Made by a program: the position numbers and the translations under genes. Under the pieces are notes generated by a model, which saw only the letters and a program-made list of their open reading frames with translations, did no database searches and was not told where the DNA came from. A stretch of 62,524 nt of DNA, counting the filler, from Choristocarpus tenellus KU-1152 (taxonomy: Eukaryota > Protista > Phaeophyceae): NCBI GenBank assembly GCA_964200185.2. It is 10 parts of 10 records of this genome, joined end to end, with 100 filler letters (N's around TTAATTAATTAA, not from the genome) between each part and the next. Parts side by side here need not be neighbours in the genome. Positions count along the whole stretch, not along the records: positions 23,517 to 28,648 come from CAXNAD020011776.1; positions 28,749 to 38,607 come from CAXNAD020003328.1; positions 38,708 to 43,874 come from CAXNAD020011642.1; 7 more parts are not named here. One strand, 5' to 3'. Of this stretch, positions 25,219-39,847 are shown piece after piece (positions within the stretch are counted from its first letter, which is position 1; every line of letters starts with the position of its first letter).

Positions 25219-26731
25219 TAGCAGATGGACTGACAACTTACTAACCCTCACAGTCAAAACACTTTGTAGTGTAGAACGTTTTTTTCAGGAATTTTAATTC
25301 TTTGCAAAATTAGTGTATTGCCTTCTTACTTGCCAATAATGAAATCCCATTCAAACTTTCTCCCGTTACAGACACTTTTTGTTGTGCCAAGAACCCCGTT
25401 GATGATATAACCTCGAGCAGGCGGCTGGAAGGGTAGAGGCGTTTCGAAGTGAATTGGACTGTGGGAGAGAAGATGATGTCCTTCTTGGAGTCCAATACGA
25501 AGAGCATCGATTTCTCGACCTACTCGACTTATTGATATTACTGTGGTTCAACCGAAGCTCGATAAGGTGTACAATAATGTCCCTGAACCTGTAGCTGGAA
25601 CTATTTTTTTAGTTAAAGTTTGGATCAACCGATGCCGTTCTGATCATCCTGTGGCAGACCTACTTAAGGTGAGGCATAATATATTTCTGTTGGTCTTCTT
25701 GCCTCCCTTCAATGCATCACTCTGAAAGAATAGAAAGATTATTGATAGCTATAAGCAAAAAAAGGAGATACACGATTGCACTCATTATGGATGCGATTTC
25801 ACACAAGGAGATACATAGTCAAATACTATATAAATGTAGTAGACATGATACCAAGGATACAATACTTGACCCATGCAACCTCCTAGAGGACAATTATATC
25901 CCTCTAGATTTCGGGATACACACCCAAAGCAACACATTCTGGCAACTTACAACTACCTCCAGCAATATATTCGGAGTCCATACGACCAATGTTCTCGCCC
26001 TGCTTCTATATTGGGTATGCCCTAGCATACATTTAGTATTTGTAGCAGCAGCAATGTACTAGCATCAACCACACGCTCGTCCATCAGAGAGTAACATTCT
26101 GAATGTCAAACCAACAATACATTCTCCCACATTGATCAACTTGAGCTAACGTCCACATTGCTAAACTGCCAAGTCAGTTACCTCTGTCAATACAACACAT
26201 TCATCGCCCCTGCAACGACCTTTTTTTCTACTAACATGCCAGTCTAGACTATGCAACATCAAGTTATCCTCCAGTACCCCTGTGAATCAATCTAGTATGC
26301 AAATCACTGTGTCTGCGTGAACAAAAAGATATATTTTGGACATACCAATAATAACCTCAACTGTACTAACTCTGACAAAACGGTATGCTCAATGACTGCC
26401 ATACTTCGAAGTACATATTCTGTATATGCTGCATCAAGGAACTGTGATATAGGATTGAAGTAGCAATTTTTGCCGTTCGTCTCCTCATCCACATGACCAA
26501 CTCTTTAGGCATGCGTGATCCACCATTTAACATCTCCAATCAGTAGTTATTGCGACTATAAATATCAAATAAGTAGCGAAATGGAGCCTGGATCTTGTAA
26601 GAGGAAATGGGACCGTTTGGGAGTGGGCTGTTGTATAGGTCTGGAAAAAATTACTATTTCACAGGCTTCCACGTAAAGTTATTGTTGTACCTTTTCTGGA
26701 GTATGTGAATAGATCTCAAACGTTCACTTCT

Positions 26732-26991
26732 GAGTGAAAGTATCTTAGAGGGTACGAATTTTGCCCTGTTTGTCCGATTGGGACTTGGCTTCCCATGGGT
26801 ATTTTGGGACATTTTACCTACTCCGAAACATTTCAGAGTCGGTAAAATGTGTACTTTATGAAGAAGGTGTGTCCGGAACAGGGATATTGACACTTCCTAA
26901 CAAACATGATAGCCAAAATTACTTCAAAATCGCAACATTGGATTTTGGCCCCCAAATGGGTGCGGCTCTACCCTCTAAGGTACTTTGACTC
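26732..26991 (+). mobile_element. MITE family A, full copy (TSD TTCT)
   Basis: GAGTGAAAGTATCT...GGTACTTTGACTC flanked by TTCT on both sides. Confidence 0.9.
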
Positions 26992-27630
26992 TTCTTGTTT
27001 AGTCCAACGAATCCAGGATAGAATCAGGTGGCAAGTAGTGGAGAGCATATCATTGCGTCTTGCCGACAAGGAATAGGTTTGGATAATAAAAACATTTGAC
27101 CTCCGGATTATAAAATTTGACTTGACAATAAAGACATAGTCATACTAGGTATCACCACACACGACCTGCAGATTCTCCACATAGATGTTGAATTTTTAAA
27201 TATATCAGTCGACATGAGTTGCTGGTGGCTATAAAAATATGTCTACTCCTTTGTAACCGGCAAGTAGGAGCTACGTGTCAATGTGTTTGCGAAGTCTTCA
27301 TGTGGCAAATTCCTCATGAGAAAATTGGACTGATCGCACGAGATGCAGGTGCCCAGAATATATGTATGTATATATATATATATATATGATGGTTTCTACC
27401 AGTCTTGCAATTGCTAAAAAGGAGTTTTTGGGAGAGTCCTCAAGGATATTTATTTGTGCAAGTTAGACTAATGACACTACCTGCACGTGCTTAAGAACAC
27501 ATCTACAGCTACGACGTGTTTTGTAACTTACAAGGAGGCTACATGCAAATGATTTCACGTAAATCCTTGTGTGGAGTCTTTTTGGTATATGTTGGACTGG
27601 GAAGTCGACCTGCACGCGCCTAAAAATGAA

Positions 27631-27814
27631 GAGCCAAAATATCTGGGGGGGGATGGCGGCTGTCCATTTGGGGTCAATTTTCTCTTGTCGCGATTTTTGG
27701 GTGATTTGGTTGCATACGTCGGATAGATACTGTAAGTGCACGTTTCCTGGATATGGATGCGCCAGATAGACACCCTGGTGTAGACCTCCCTTCCCCCCCC
27801 AGATTCTTTCGTTC
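27631..27814 (+). mobile_element. MITE family B (TSD GAA)
   Basis: Colinear with 672-856. Confidence 0.85.
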
Positions 27815-30800
27815 GAATGTACAGCTTTGTACCCGTTTTGTAACTGCCAAAGAGCAGCCGTGAGTTAATCATTTTCGAGAGTCCCATGTTGCTATTCCTT
27901 TGTTATGCGAGTTTTGACTTCAGATACACGACCTGTAGGTGTTACAGCACGCTCCAAAGCTTGTCTCCGCGGAATGTATAGCTCTAGTCCACAAGCCTAT
28001 AGATGGCGCTGATGCACATACAGGACTCCTTAGGTACGCCGATAGCCTAAGGTCCAGCGAGGATGGTGGGTATCAGGTCAGCAGATGAAGCTACAGTCTC
28101 TTCCAATATAAGAGTGTACGACAATCGGAGTAAGAGTAAGGACAAGAGTCATCTTCGTCCATTAAATATATTGTTATCGAGCTTACAGACGCCGTAATAC
28201 ATCTGAAAACTGTTGCTATATTCTGAGTTACAGATCTTACACTGTATCTATAGCAAATCGAACTTTCCCATTTGAGGGTTCCGCGCACATGTTTACTGTT
28301 CGCACTGGTTAGAGCGGGAGAAGAAATACTTCCACTATTATCCTGTATAACAGGTGCATTCAAACTTTCTAATGCATTGTATCTGTTTTGTAACTGACAA
28401 AGAGGAGCTACATACCATTGTTTTTTGGAGGTCCTCTACCTTGTGGAAATTGAACTGGTCACAGCATCTACAGCCCCCCAGAAATATATACTACCTTTGT
28501 GTCATAAGTTTGTGCCGCGAAACATCTGGCCTCGCCGAGTGAGAACGATGCCGCATCGGACGATAAACCCCAAGGAATGAGATCGGGTTGATAGTCTCAG
28601 CTCTCAGAAAAGGTGGGGGTCGAGGATCATCAGGTACAAACTCGAGGTNNNNNNNNNNNNNNNNNNNNNNNNNNNNNNNNNNNNNNNNNNNNTTAATTAA
28701 TTAANNNNNNNNNNNNNNNNNNNNNNNNNNNNNNNNNNNNNNNNNNNNGTGTCTGATTTGAAATGTCAGCAAAAAAAAACGTTGTTTGTCCGAAACGGAC
28801 TCCCCCTCACAAACCACCACCCCCCCCGAGATACTTTGACCCCAACCAACGTTTGTTAGCAGCCTGGAACTGTTTTTCTGTCTGTTTGCATTCGATTGTT
28901 CCCATTATGATGAGGTTCCTTGTGCCGTACCAGAAAGTGACTGTAGGTATTCGTCCTATTAAAAACTACTTTTGCAACTTACTTCCTGCCACTTGAAATG
29001 GACAAGTGAAGCATGTCGTTCAAGCTATGTGTCGGGGCATGGGGATAATGACCTTCCCACAGCAGATCTTCCAGGCATGGCAAATGTTGGTGGTGGGAGC
29101 TGAGGACCCAAGGGTTAGAGGTGAGAGTGAGACCTGTGCTCTATTTGTTTGTGATAATGTGTTCCTATATGTGCCTTGGACTAACATGCATAAGTCTTAG
29201 TAATATTCCTTATCTCCTTGGTGTCCTTAGCATTCAGTCAAATAGAGTACAGGTCTATTTTAAGGATCCCAAGAAAGGGAAAATATATGTAATATTTTAC
29301 AGTTGCAGAAAAAGCAGTCGATGAATAGTGGTGTTACTTCGTGTGTGAAAAGGGGAACAACATTTAAGGGCTCAAGAGGGAGGTGTGTGGTCGATGTCTG
29401 GGGAACAGCAGAACACTCCGTCACCTAGTAGACACGGTAGTCCTGTTGTACTACAAAGAAGGTGGAGGGAAGGAGCTATGCCTGGGTGTAGCAGGGATCT
29501 GCTGTGGTCAGGTAGAAGGGGTAAGATCGTGCCGAGGAGGATGCTGTGCCTGCCTGTGCAAACTTCTCTGATGGAATTAATCGTGTATATGTGTCGGTGT
29601 GGGATCTTGTGCATACGGTTAACCTTGAAAGTGGGCAACAGGGAATTCAAAATTTGTAATAGAGAGGGAACACAGACCAGTGCAGTGCACAGGGGATAGA
29701 TCCCCTGCCTTTCGGAGCTCCATTGTCCTTTGGGAACCAACCCCCACTGCAATACCTTTTTTTCACTTCTTAGGGTTATTTTTCACACAAAGGTTAGGGT
29801 TAGTGCTAGGTTTAGGGTTGGAGTAAGATTATTGAAAATGGGTGTGAAAGAGTGAAAAGTGGTGGATCCTTGAGAGGTTGTGGTTTCCCAGTGCACACAA
29901 CTTCCCTTCACCGCTTCTTCTAGATCGTTTCCTTTGGCTGGGTTAGGGATACTTTTCACTCATACGTTAAGGTTAGGATTAGCATTAGCGATATACATGG
30001 GTTAGGTTTTTTTTTAATGCGTGCGAAGAAGTGCAAAAAGTATGATAATGCTGGTCCCCCAAGGACATTGGGGACTCCTGTGGTGGAGTGCACCATGGTC
30101 ATCCCAGAAATCACATGTTGGAGCAACCATTTATCAATAATGTTCAAGAAATAATTTGTTGATTATACAGGTGATAGAAGATAGGGTTAAAGTTACGATT
30201 AGGACGGAAAGAAGCATCATTTTGAGTCATCCCATAGAATAGTTTTCGCGAGAGATTGTTGGACTAGAGGCACAACTGAAGTTGTTTAGTGGGGTCTGAC
30301 CTGGAGATGGTTGCAAATATCCGACACTTGGTATGATGTAGTGATTAATAATAGTATCTTATTTTGAAGTACGTTATACCTCTAAGATATACCTCATGTC
30401 ATTTTGTACAAAGGTGTATATATGTTATTATACCCTTTAACATTATATAGATGTGTGAGGGGGAAAAATCAATGAAAAGCCAATCAATATATTATTCTCT
30501 CTGGCATTTTCCAGATGTTCCAGGGAAAAGACCGATGGAAAGTCAATTGAATATCTGAACAATCCCAATATCCCAATATCATAACAACCCAAGCGTATAT
30601 ATATATTTTTTATTATGCCCTTTGACATTATACAGATGTGTCAGGGGAAAAACCAATGAAAAACCATGCAAATATGTCAGAACCCCTAAAGAAGGAACAG
30701 TCGTCGTAAAAGGGAAACACATTTTTCTGTCATCTATTTACTATTTCTATTGTACAAACAGCTATGCTACACCGTTACCCTTCTGTGCCTCCCACCAAGA

Positions 30801-33699
30801 TTAGTCCTGAACGTAGGGTGAGGTATATATATCATGCACCTCACTGTTGTGGGAATTAAATCCCGTAACAGTTTAAGAGTCCATACAATCGCGCTACCTA
30901 AAACGCATACGAAAAACGGTTTTAATTCTACTCATTTCACTTCTTCAATAATTCGAAGGGGAAAAAGGTCATCCTCACCCGATTGAAAAGGTTTCCTCCT
31001 ATCCGGAGTAATAAATAAAATACACACAAGAGTTAAAAGTTATGTTCTAGTTATACTTTCAAAATTCAGTAACATTACTATCAGTAAAAATAGTAGTAGG
31101 ATGTACGTAGAGTCATTGGCTGTACCGCCCACCACAAGTACGTTTCTGTATGAAGATCATTTCCTCATTTCCTATTCATTAACCTCATCTCTATGTATGA
31201 TTATTATTTGTTCTTCATTGTCTTGGATTAAACAGATGTACTTCCTAAGGATCTGAGACACAACGACCATCCTGACCATGGACGTCGTGGAAATGGATGA
31301 GTCCAGGGACTATAATATGTGTGAAGATAGAGACTAACCCTGGGGTGTTCGGCGAGAGCCACTGTTTGGGGTGGAAATAGCCCAAAAAGGTGAAGTTATC
31401 TTCTATGTCGGTGATAGGTGTTCGAGCTCTGAGTTTTGACCAGGTTCGCCTCTGTACCCACCCCAAGCACCCCCTGTGACTGAGAAGTGACTTTAGGTAA
31501 TTGGAACAAGTTTAAACGGCACCCCCACATGCTGAGAGAATGTTATTCTGTCACTCCAGCTTAGGTTTGGGTAAAATATCTATCACTCCACGTATGTTTT
31601 TTTTTTCCTCTTGAACTTAAATGCACTCGCAGATACCTGTCAGACTGTCTGCCGCCATTCAGAAACCTCCTCGCCAACTTATCTATGTCTGAATCAAGCT
31701 CAAGTGGAGGTCAAATAGTTGCATCCCAGTAAACACCAGACCGATATTGCCCATCCCAAGCGATGATGGTTACTTGCTATCTTGTCCTTGATGGCGAGTG
31801 TGTTTCGTACAGCAACAAAACTTAACACGACACAGACAAACGTTGCACACAGGATCTAACCAATTTTGGGTAAAGGATCGATCTTATGACCTGCTGGTCA
31901 CCACAGGGGTTTAACAGTAGCTCTTCTGTGGACCCCGTCGCCGAATTTTCGAAAATGCCCGTGACAGGAGTAGACAAAGGTAAGCTCCAATGTACGAGTC
32001 TTACGTCGAACTCCTGATTGAGGGTTTCAACATTTCCTCGCCTTATTCTGTGACACCAACACAGATTAAGTTAACAAAGTGTGTCGAATGATCTTTGGAA
32101 GCAAATAAAACTGATAGTGCCTGGAATGTGTAATGAGAGAACAACCAACCCAATTGAGCCTTTGACATTTCTGATGAAGGGTTCGGGGTTGTGTCCAACT
32201 AGTCTATCAAACTATGTTTGCTTCAGTGTATCCCGAGTTCGGCTGGTGGGTTGGTTGGGTAGAAATCGATCTATGGAACCGACCAGAGTGTACTCTGACC
32301 GGCCCCTCCATCTCATGACATTTTAATCTTCATTAATCGTCTCATTCTCATCTTTGCGTCCGTCACCTGCAGGCCTCGCCTGGTTCAGGATGGTGAATTC
32401 TATATTGGGCATCGTAGTGGGTATATGGTCTCTTCGAATGTTCTACCAATCACGCTACATCTTGGACATCAGAACAAGGTCAGGAGTCAAAATTTGTTTT
32501 GAAGTGAAAGGGATAAATGTGCTCTCATTGTAGTTGATAACTTGTTACTTTCACCATCCTTGCATCAACTCTATTTTGAAATCGGCTCAACCCTCTGGTC
32601 TATGTTGTTCAACGGCTGAATGTTGGCCGAGTAGGTGGTGACCTTATGAATGCAGCTCTATTTCTCTATTTTCTGTGCAGCACTCTACACTGAAAGCACA
32701 CGCCCAACAGTAATATTTTTTAATGCTCTCCATCTATCTGGAAACGAGTATTGTTCTCTCCTTTGATAGCTTAGCCACACATCTCATGCAAGCGCACAGG
32801 AATACCCGTGCATGCTTCAATTAATATCTCCCTCAAAGATACGCCCCCCGCCTTCTCTTTCTTCTCATCCACCTTCTCTCTGTTTTCATACCTCCTCGCC
32901 CCTTCCAACGAATACGCTTTCTTTAAGGTCGGCGTATCTTGTACTTTTCACAGGAGCAGTGGTTGTCCTCAACTACTTTACATTTATCAACAACGCCTGC
33001 AACACAATCTGGGGGAAATCTATTGATAACCTCTGGGAGGGCATTGTGAGTATAGGATTAGATTTTTTAAATACCATGGAGTGTTCCATTTGTGACTTTT
33101 ATTGTTATTGCAGTTTGATGATGAAATGCTGACCACACCAACAAGGGATTAAACTGTGCTATGTATAATGCAACGCAGTACTAAGTGCGGTCTTCAATTT
33201 CACTGACCTTGGGTATACTTGTGAGTTTACGTTGGTTCAACCTTCTTGGTTTGAAAGCGTCCAATATATCTTATTCTGCGGTCATCCATGTTTTATATAC
33301 AGCAATTGAGAATGTGCATGTTACTGCTCGAAGTATGATTTAACGTATGAGTCTGGGTTATAAGGAGCCTGCTGAAAGCTCAACTCTTGAGATATTGGTG
33401 GTGAACACTGATAAGTGTGGGGCACCGAGAACGAATACTGGGTATCAAGTAGTTGGAAATAAATGATCAGTATTAGTTGCTCTTATTAGCCAGGTCAGGA
33501 ATAGCCGGTGGTTGGCACTATGCAGAATGTAAGATCACTGCACACCCTGCACAGATCATTTTTGTCTTGCTAGAAAATACCTTTCTCTCTGCTTTTCTCA
33601 CTTGACACATGCTATCATTTGGTAATTGGCCTTTTGAGGACCACTGGAATACTAGCATCTCTTTTTCTTTTGCTGATAATTGCCCAAGTACTCACATGA

Positions 33700-34200
33700 T
33701 GCTTAACATATTGTGCTGACACTAGTTGCATTGTCCTCAAGGTCTATTTCCACTTTCCTCACAATAAATATATGAAATACATACTCTTCAGCGATGGTCC
33801 AAATTCGGTGATCTATATGTCCATTGGTCTGGGTTTGAGAAAGGATAATGGATCAAGTGACCCTGAAACTTGGATTTTGTACACTCCAAGGAGTTCCTTC
33901 TCGCGATTGTTGGGAGAGTGAGGGAACGATGTATCCTAGTAACTACTTTTGGCCAACCTGGGAAAATTTAATCGACCATGGGTGATCCCACAGTAGGGTG
34001 AAGTGCATCAGTACTGCTCTGCATCAGAGGTGGCCTAATGGTAAGTAGGGGCTCTGGAAGAATTTACTGCAACTCTGCTGACTGTTTTTTTCGCAGAAGA
34101 GGAATTCAGTGTTCCTGAGCCTATGGAGGGAAGGGATAACATGATGTCCAAAACCCAATCTGTAGGGTCCCTTACCCACACAGGTCTTTTTCAGGTTTTG
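33700..34200 (-). mobile_element. Highly degenerate Gypsy-type integrase relic
   Basis: Fragments WVLDIMLSLP, IFPGWPKVVT and QTNG occur in the expected order. Confidence 0.3.
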
Positions 34201-35499
34201 AAAGGCTATAAAATTATTTTCTCTGTATTTAATCCATGTTGTTCAGCACAATGTATATTGAACAATTTTGGGCAGTGATACACTACAACGATTGTGCGGT
34301 TAGTTCTCGATGTTGTTTTAGGTGATATTTATTCAAGCAGTGGTTATCTTCACACATCTTATTGAGAATTTTCGGTTTATGATATCCTGGAGAGGTGGTG
34401 AATATGTGTTTATATTTTCACGGTTCATTAGCTTGTGTGTGGCATGAGTTGCATTTATTGGAGCACAGCAATTTAAATAGTATTTTAATCAAAACCAGTG
34501 TTCGATACCCACCTACTGCAATGGCTCAGGTTGCTAAATGTCGACGAACACGAATGCACTTAATTCCTGGCAGCATATACACATTCATGGACTGCATATG
34601 TTACCAGAAAGCACTGTGGTAGAGGAGATTAGTTTTGTAGTATACACCCTCTCAATTTTCTCTTAGACCTATGAACTTGTTCATTGTTCATCCTACACAA
34701 CTGTCGCTAAGTAAATTCCAAAGTTTATTTAAATCAATCCTTCATGTCCATCCCTGTGCCTCATCCGCCTGCCCCTCTGCCAACTGTTCGCCATGTGCGG
34801 TCACTGTACTGCACGATGACAAATTCCTTGAATCTTGCATTTTTTAATTATTTAAACATGTTTCCCACCCTACCGCAAACCTGTTCTAGTGTATTTGATT
34901 GGGGTTATTCTTCCATGCTGTTATCTAATCTGTCCTTGTCTGTGTTGGGGTACAATATTTCGTATTATGGTGTGTGCAATGTGTATTGTGTTGTGGTCTG
35001 TGGTGGGCTATACTGGGGACTGTCCTGTGGTTGCGGTCATGGCACAGGTGCTTTTTTTTTCCACTCCAACTGTTTGTGGTGCATACATGTCCCGCACCAT
35101 ACGTCTGGCGGTAGTCTTCCATCGCAGGGCCAAGCTTTCTCTACCTTGGCTCATACCGGTAAGATGGGCATTAATAATATGCATCAGTTTTAGGAGGTAA
35201 CCTCTCTAAGGTTTGGGCATATTGTTCCAATCGACTTTTATTCTATTCTCGAGAGTAGGACTGTAAGAAACAAAAATTCAGCTCTTGAATGCCCAAAGAA
35301 AGGGTCAAGGTCTGAGGGATCGAATCCATAACAGATGGACAATAACCTTCCCCCCATGGATCCTCCCAAACAATGATTGCTATGAGTGACGTTCCTGAGA
35401 ACAAGAGGGAGTAAGAGGCGATATACACGTTAAGGGATAGAGGAACAGAAATAATCGAAAGATAATTGCTTGCTTCTAACGAAAACACTATCTTTAGCA

Positions 35500-36620
35500 G
35501 TCAGTAATGTGACCTTACCCATCCTAAGTACACGTATCTTGAGTTCTTATTCAGGATCTACCAGTAGTCTTAAACATACCTCCGGGATTGCCTTTCTGTA
35601 AGATTTAGTCAGGTTCAAGGCCTTTGATGATACTAGGAGGAAGAATACGATAGTAAGTGTACTCCTTGCAACTTTGATGCTAAGGACGCACTACTAGAGT
35701 TTGTTATCGTGTGTGGAGTACAGGAAATACTTTGTTTATATGAGGCAAACGGATTTCGATGTGCACGTATGATGTATTTTATACTGCTGTCAATGAGGAG
35801 CACGTCTATAAAACAACTACAAAGGTCCAAACAGAGACATCACGCTCATTTCCACATCTGAAGCGGATAGCCAACCAACTCCAAGCTGTATACAATGGTA
35901 GCTTCACTGTAGTACCCTGTCCGATGTCTGTAAGTTTCTCATGACGACAACTTCCATAAAACCAACCACATGTAGGGCTGGGGGTGCATGGAGGGCGACA
36001 GAGTTGTGGGGAGAAGAGAATAGTCGGACCATGATTGCAATCTTTTTTTATCCTCATGTTGTCTACCTCCCAGGAATGTGAGGGTAGTCATAACTTCTAC
36101 TTAAGAGAGTTTAGTGTTTATGCTATTTCTATTAACAGCTGTGTTGAAGCATTATGATGATGATGGATGCATTCTTTTTGCGCTGACTGGCATACAAATA
36201 CTTCATTAAGTGATTAGAATATTTTGGCTTCATTTATGATAGTTGTACTTCACTTTGTTCAAGGTATGCCAATATCTTTGCAGCTTCTTGGTACGCAGAG
36301 CTCTAGGCGGGAAGCTTGTAAGGCCTTTGTATGTATATTCTGCCTTGTCAATTGAGGGGTTGTAGTGGTACTCTAAACTTACATGATTTGCATAGTCAGG
36401 ATGTTGCTGCTAGGAACCATCCTCCACTTCTACCCCAACTGTATGCACGTATTGTTGCCCTTTATTACTGCAACAGGAACGGAATCACATCATTGTGCTT
36501 GTCATGCTTGGATTTGGTGCCATAGTTTTTCCAATATACTTGTCGAAGACAACCGACCCGATGTAAGTTTAGAAGATGCCAGTGATTGCCCACACGTTGA
36601 TACTCTCTGTTTCGAAGTGT
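35500..36620 (-). mobile_element. Highly degenerate Copia pre-integrase/integrase relic
   Basis: Fragments LWHQ, LTRQ...LEL and KLQGVHLLSYSS occur in the expected order, with many stops. Confidence 0.35.
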
Positions 36621-38552
36621 AAAATCCTGAGAGTAGGTCTGGTGTTAGCAAAGGCTAATGAGTAGGAACGCATATATAATGTGCGTTTCACCTGTAGGCC
36701 TATCCATTTTTCCATGTTCATGTATTGTATTGGTAGAAGTTTGACTTTTAATGTGAGTATGAAACCCTTTCGAGATCTTATTTGCTAAAATCGTGTTGGA
36801 GTCACTTGGGAAACTTTAGAGCTGCTGAGTGTAATGGATTACTTGTGTAGTGGTCTTTCTTGCTTAGAAGGCTATTTTTTTAGAGTGTTAGGGTTTTTAT
36901 TATCTGGATGGAATGAAAATTCTGTGAAACAAAGATGAAGTAGATGTTTAATATACTTGTTTTTAGTTGAACGGACCCTTCGTAGTGTTTCGCCAACACA
37001 AATTATTTGACACCGCCAAATTTTCCAAGGCAGACAAACAGTGGGGGTTCCCTTATATAACTCGCTTCGTATCGAAAGTCAACGCCACATGCACCTTCAA
37101 CCTGAATCTTGCTGCCGTCCATTCCTATTTGCTTTGCTTCCTGACAGAGATCGACAGGTAACACAACTTAAAGTCCTCCAGGACACACTTCTCATCATTG
37201 GCGGGATCATGGGATTTTTATACCCTCTTATCAGGTGGGTTTCCAATGTTTCTCACCAGGACCAAGTAGACATACAAATCACTGAAATGTAAGGTAATAA
37301 TGGTACCTCTCGTTTTGCCGAGTGCCTGACTCCAGTTTAGGTTACATTGAGAGATATGTGTTACGATCATCCAAAGCAACCAGCTGATTACAAGAGGAGT
37401 TTTCAGCCCTCTACTTCAACGAATTCAGAGGGTTGCCATTTTTGCAGGACTTCGATTGACCAGAGAAGTCATTTAGATTCCAACTAAAGTTGAAGGGTGA
37501 TGGGAAGGTATCGTAGTCTTTTACTGATGGTAAATAATCTTTGTAGGATATTTTTCACGGTTTCTCGCTCAATCGTACAATTGTAACTGTTCTCTCGCCT
37601 GCAAGCATTGACAAATCTGGCCCATGTTCTCAAGGTGGTCCACATGCTACCTCTACTTTGCATAATATTTACGTTACCCTCACATCTGCCTTTCACAAAT
37701 TGTGTGTCTATCCATCCCTCAATCAATGGCCTCACCCGCCTCTGTTGAACCCAGTGCTTATCCCCATGATGACCAAGCTTTATTAATGAAGCGGTGACTA
37801 TAACGTATTCCCTCTCATGACGTTCCACATTGTAAGCCTGTGTATGGCGACAGGTATGGTTTTGATATCTTACCTTGTGGAGTAGACGTGTGTACTATGT
37901 GTAAACCCAAAATGAAAACGAGATTATCTCCGATAAAATATTACGCCAGTCAAGGTTTGAACATCGGATGTTGGAAATCCTTACTTAAACGTTCCTTATT
38001 GATGTTTAATTTGTTGTTTTTGTGACTTAATTCTATTGCAAAACACCAAAATATACAAAATAATCTTTACTTTTTTCTGTCTGTTCTTTACATCACCCGA
38101 TTTTTTATAATAGATGACTATGTATAAATCAAATTCCCTAACCAAATAATCCTAATTACTAAGTTTTTATTTGAGAGTAATGTAATAATATTGTTGAGTT
38201 TGCAAATCGTATAGTACCAGCTTTAGATAGGTAAATAGGTCAACATTTCCGTAAGATTATTAAGAAACAAGGTTTTAAATGTTTTATGTGCTGATCACAG
38301 ATTGTGGGATACTACTGAGTGAGAAATGTAGCTCAACCACAGAGAATAATCTCATGATAAATATAACTTTAGTTTGAAGCCTTCCATGGGTGCAGCAGTA
38401 GTCTCTAGAGGGTCTGTTAGAAATTTGATGGATGTGTGGAGCTTCTTGTGTGTTCACGTTTGCCATAGATATATTACCAGTTGCGAATGTCTTGCATGTC
38501 AACATTAGAATGAAGAGGTTGTAGAGGAGGAGTTCACCTTGAAGCACTTGAC

Positions 38553-38607
38553 GAGTGAAAGTATCTTAGAGGTACGAGTTTTACCCTGTTTGTCCATTTG
38601 GGGCTTG
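38553..38607 (+). mobile_element. MITE family A, left end
   Basis: Terminal sequence, cut by the linker. Confidence 0.8.
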
Positions 38608-38761
38608 NNNNNNNNNNNNNNNNNNNNNNNNNNNNNNNNNNNNNNNNNNNNTTAATTAATTAANNNNNNNNNNNNNNNNNNNNNNNNNNNNNNNNNNNNN
38701 NNNNNNNCGCTTATGCGTTTATAAAAATAAAAAAAAAAAAGAAGTGTTTTCCCGCACCCCG

Positions 38762-38797
<36 letters not shown>

Positions 38798-39246
38798 AGA
38801 TACTTTGACCCTCATAAACTCTCACTTTAGCGAGTTTTGCATTAGCGAAAAAATGGGCTGCCGAAATTATCGAGGGATGAACGTGTATTGTAGACATAGG
38901 GCAATAGGTGCAGTGATTTGTACAGGAAGCAGTGCAGTGTGCTAGGCCTCTGACCACGGGTTGGGATAATCCCTAAACTGATCAAAAGGAGAAGATATCC
39001 TTGACAATCAACAGCCCTTACTGTGCATCCTTCTTCTTCTGTCTCTGCCCCCCTCAGTCTTCTCCAACCTTCAAATGTCCCTGTGAACCAAACCCTCATC
39101 AGTGATGATTGCTCTCTCAAGGTCGCATCTCTTTCCACTTTTCAACACTCCTACGCCTTAGGATTATCTATCCTTTCGCAAAATAGTGCACACGACCTTT
39201 GTGTACATGGCCAGTACACTAATATACTCTAAATCTTCGTGTGTCA

Positions 39247-39407
39247 GGCCCAAAGTATGTAGGGGGGGGGGGTCTACACCAGGGTGTCCATTTTGGGCTC
39301 TGACCAGGAAAAGGAACTTGCATGGAACCAAATCACCCAAAAATCGTCACATGGAAAAATGGGCCCCAAATGGAAAGCCGCCTCCCCCCCCTCAGATACT
39401 TTGAGCC
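39247..39407 (-). mobile_element. MITE family B, inverted (TSD TCA)
   Basis: GGCCCAAAGTATGT...AGATACTTTGAGCC. Confidence 0.85.
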
Positions 39408-39847
39408 TCAGAACTTCATTCATCTATTCTTTTTCTGGTAGAACAATTATGAGTTTGATCATATGATGCACACAAGAGAGCACAAAACAGACTAGGTTAC
39501 TCTTCCTAACAGGATACCCACTATTTCACCTCCCCACCACCACCTGAATCAACTGCTCTTCCCATTTGAAATCTGGGCTAACTTTATCTTCCCTCAGTCA
39601 ATAGCACATGCTGCAACGTACACCCCTTCTCCTTTTCTGGTCACCCCTCATAGAGTACTAGTAGTAACTAGCCGTTACCACCTTCCTCTGGTCTTATCAT
39701 GCCCCCTTCTACCCTCCACCCTCCAGTTAAAGGCATGCCATAATGAAGGGGCACAGGGTATGATATAAAACACCCTGCAACTCAAATTTTTGCCTGATCT
39801 CATCATATATGTTCTTCTGTCGTTCTTGCCCTGTGCTCCCACCACAG

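Noticed and set aside
25300-26700. Possible Copia relic on the minus strand (VPATGSG, MLFVLDSKKDII)
   Set aside because: The motifs are too weak to call without a search.
26654-26988. Recurrent short ORFs such as LYPLRYF, LPSKIL and LTLPNKHD across the window
   Set aside because: They are incidental translations of non-coding MITE family A.
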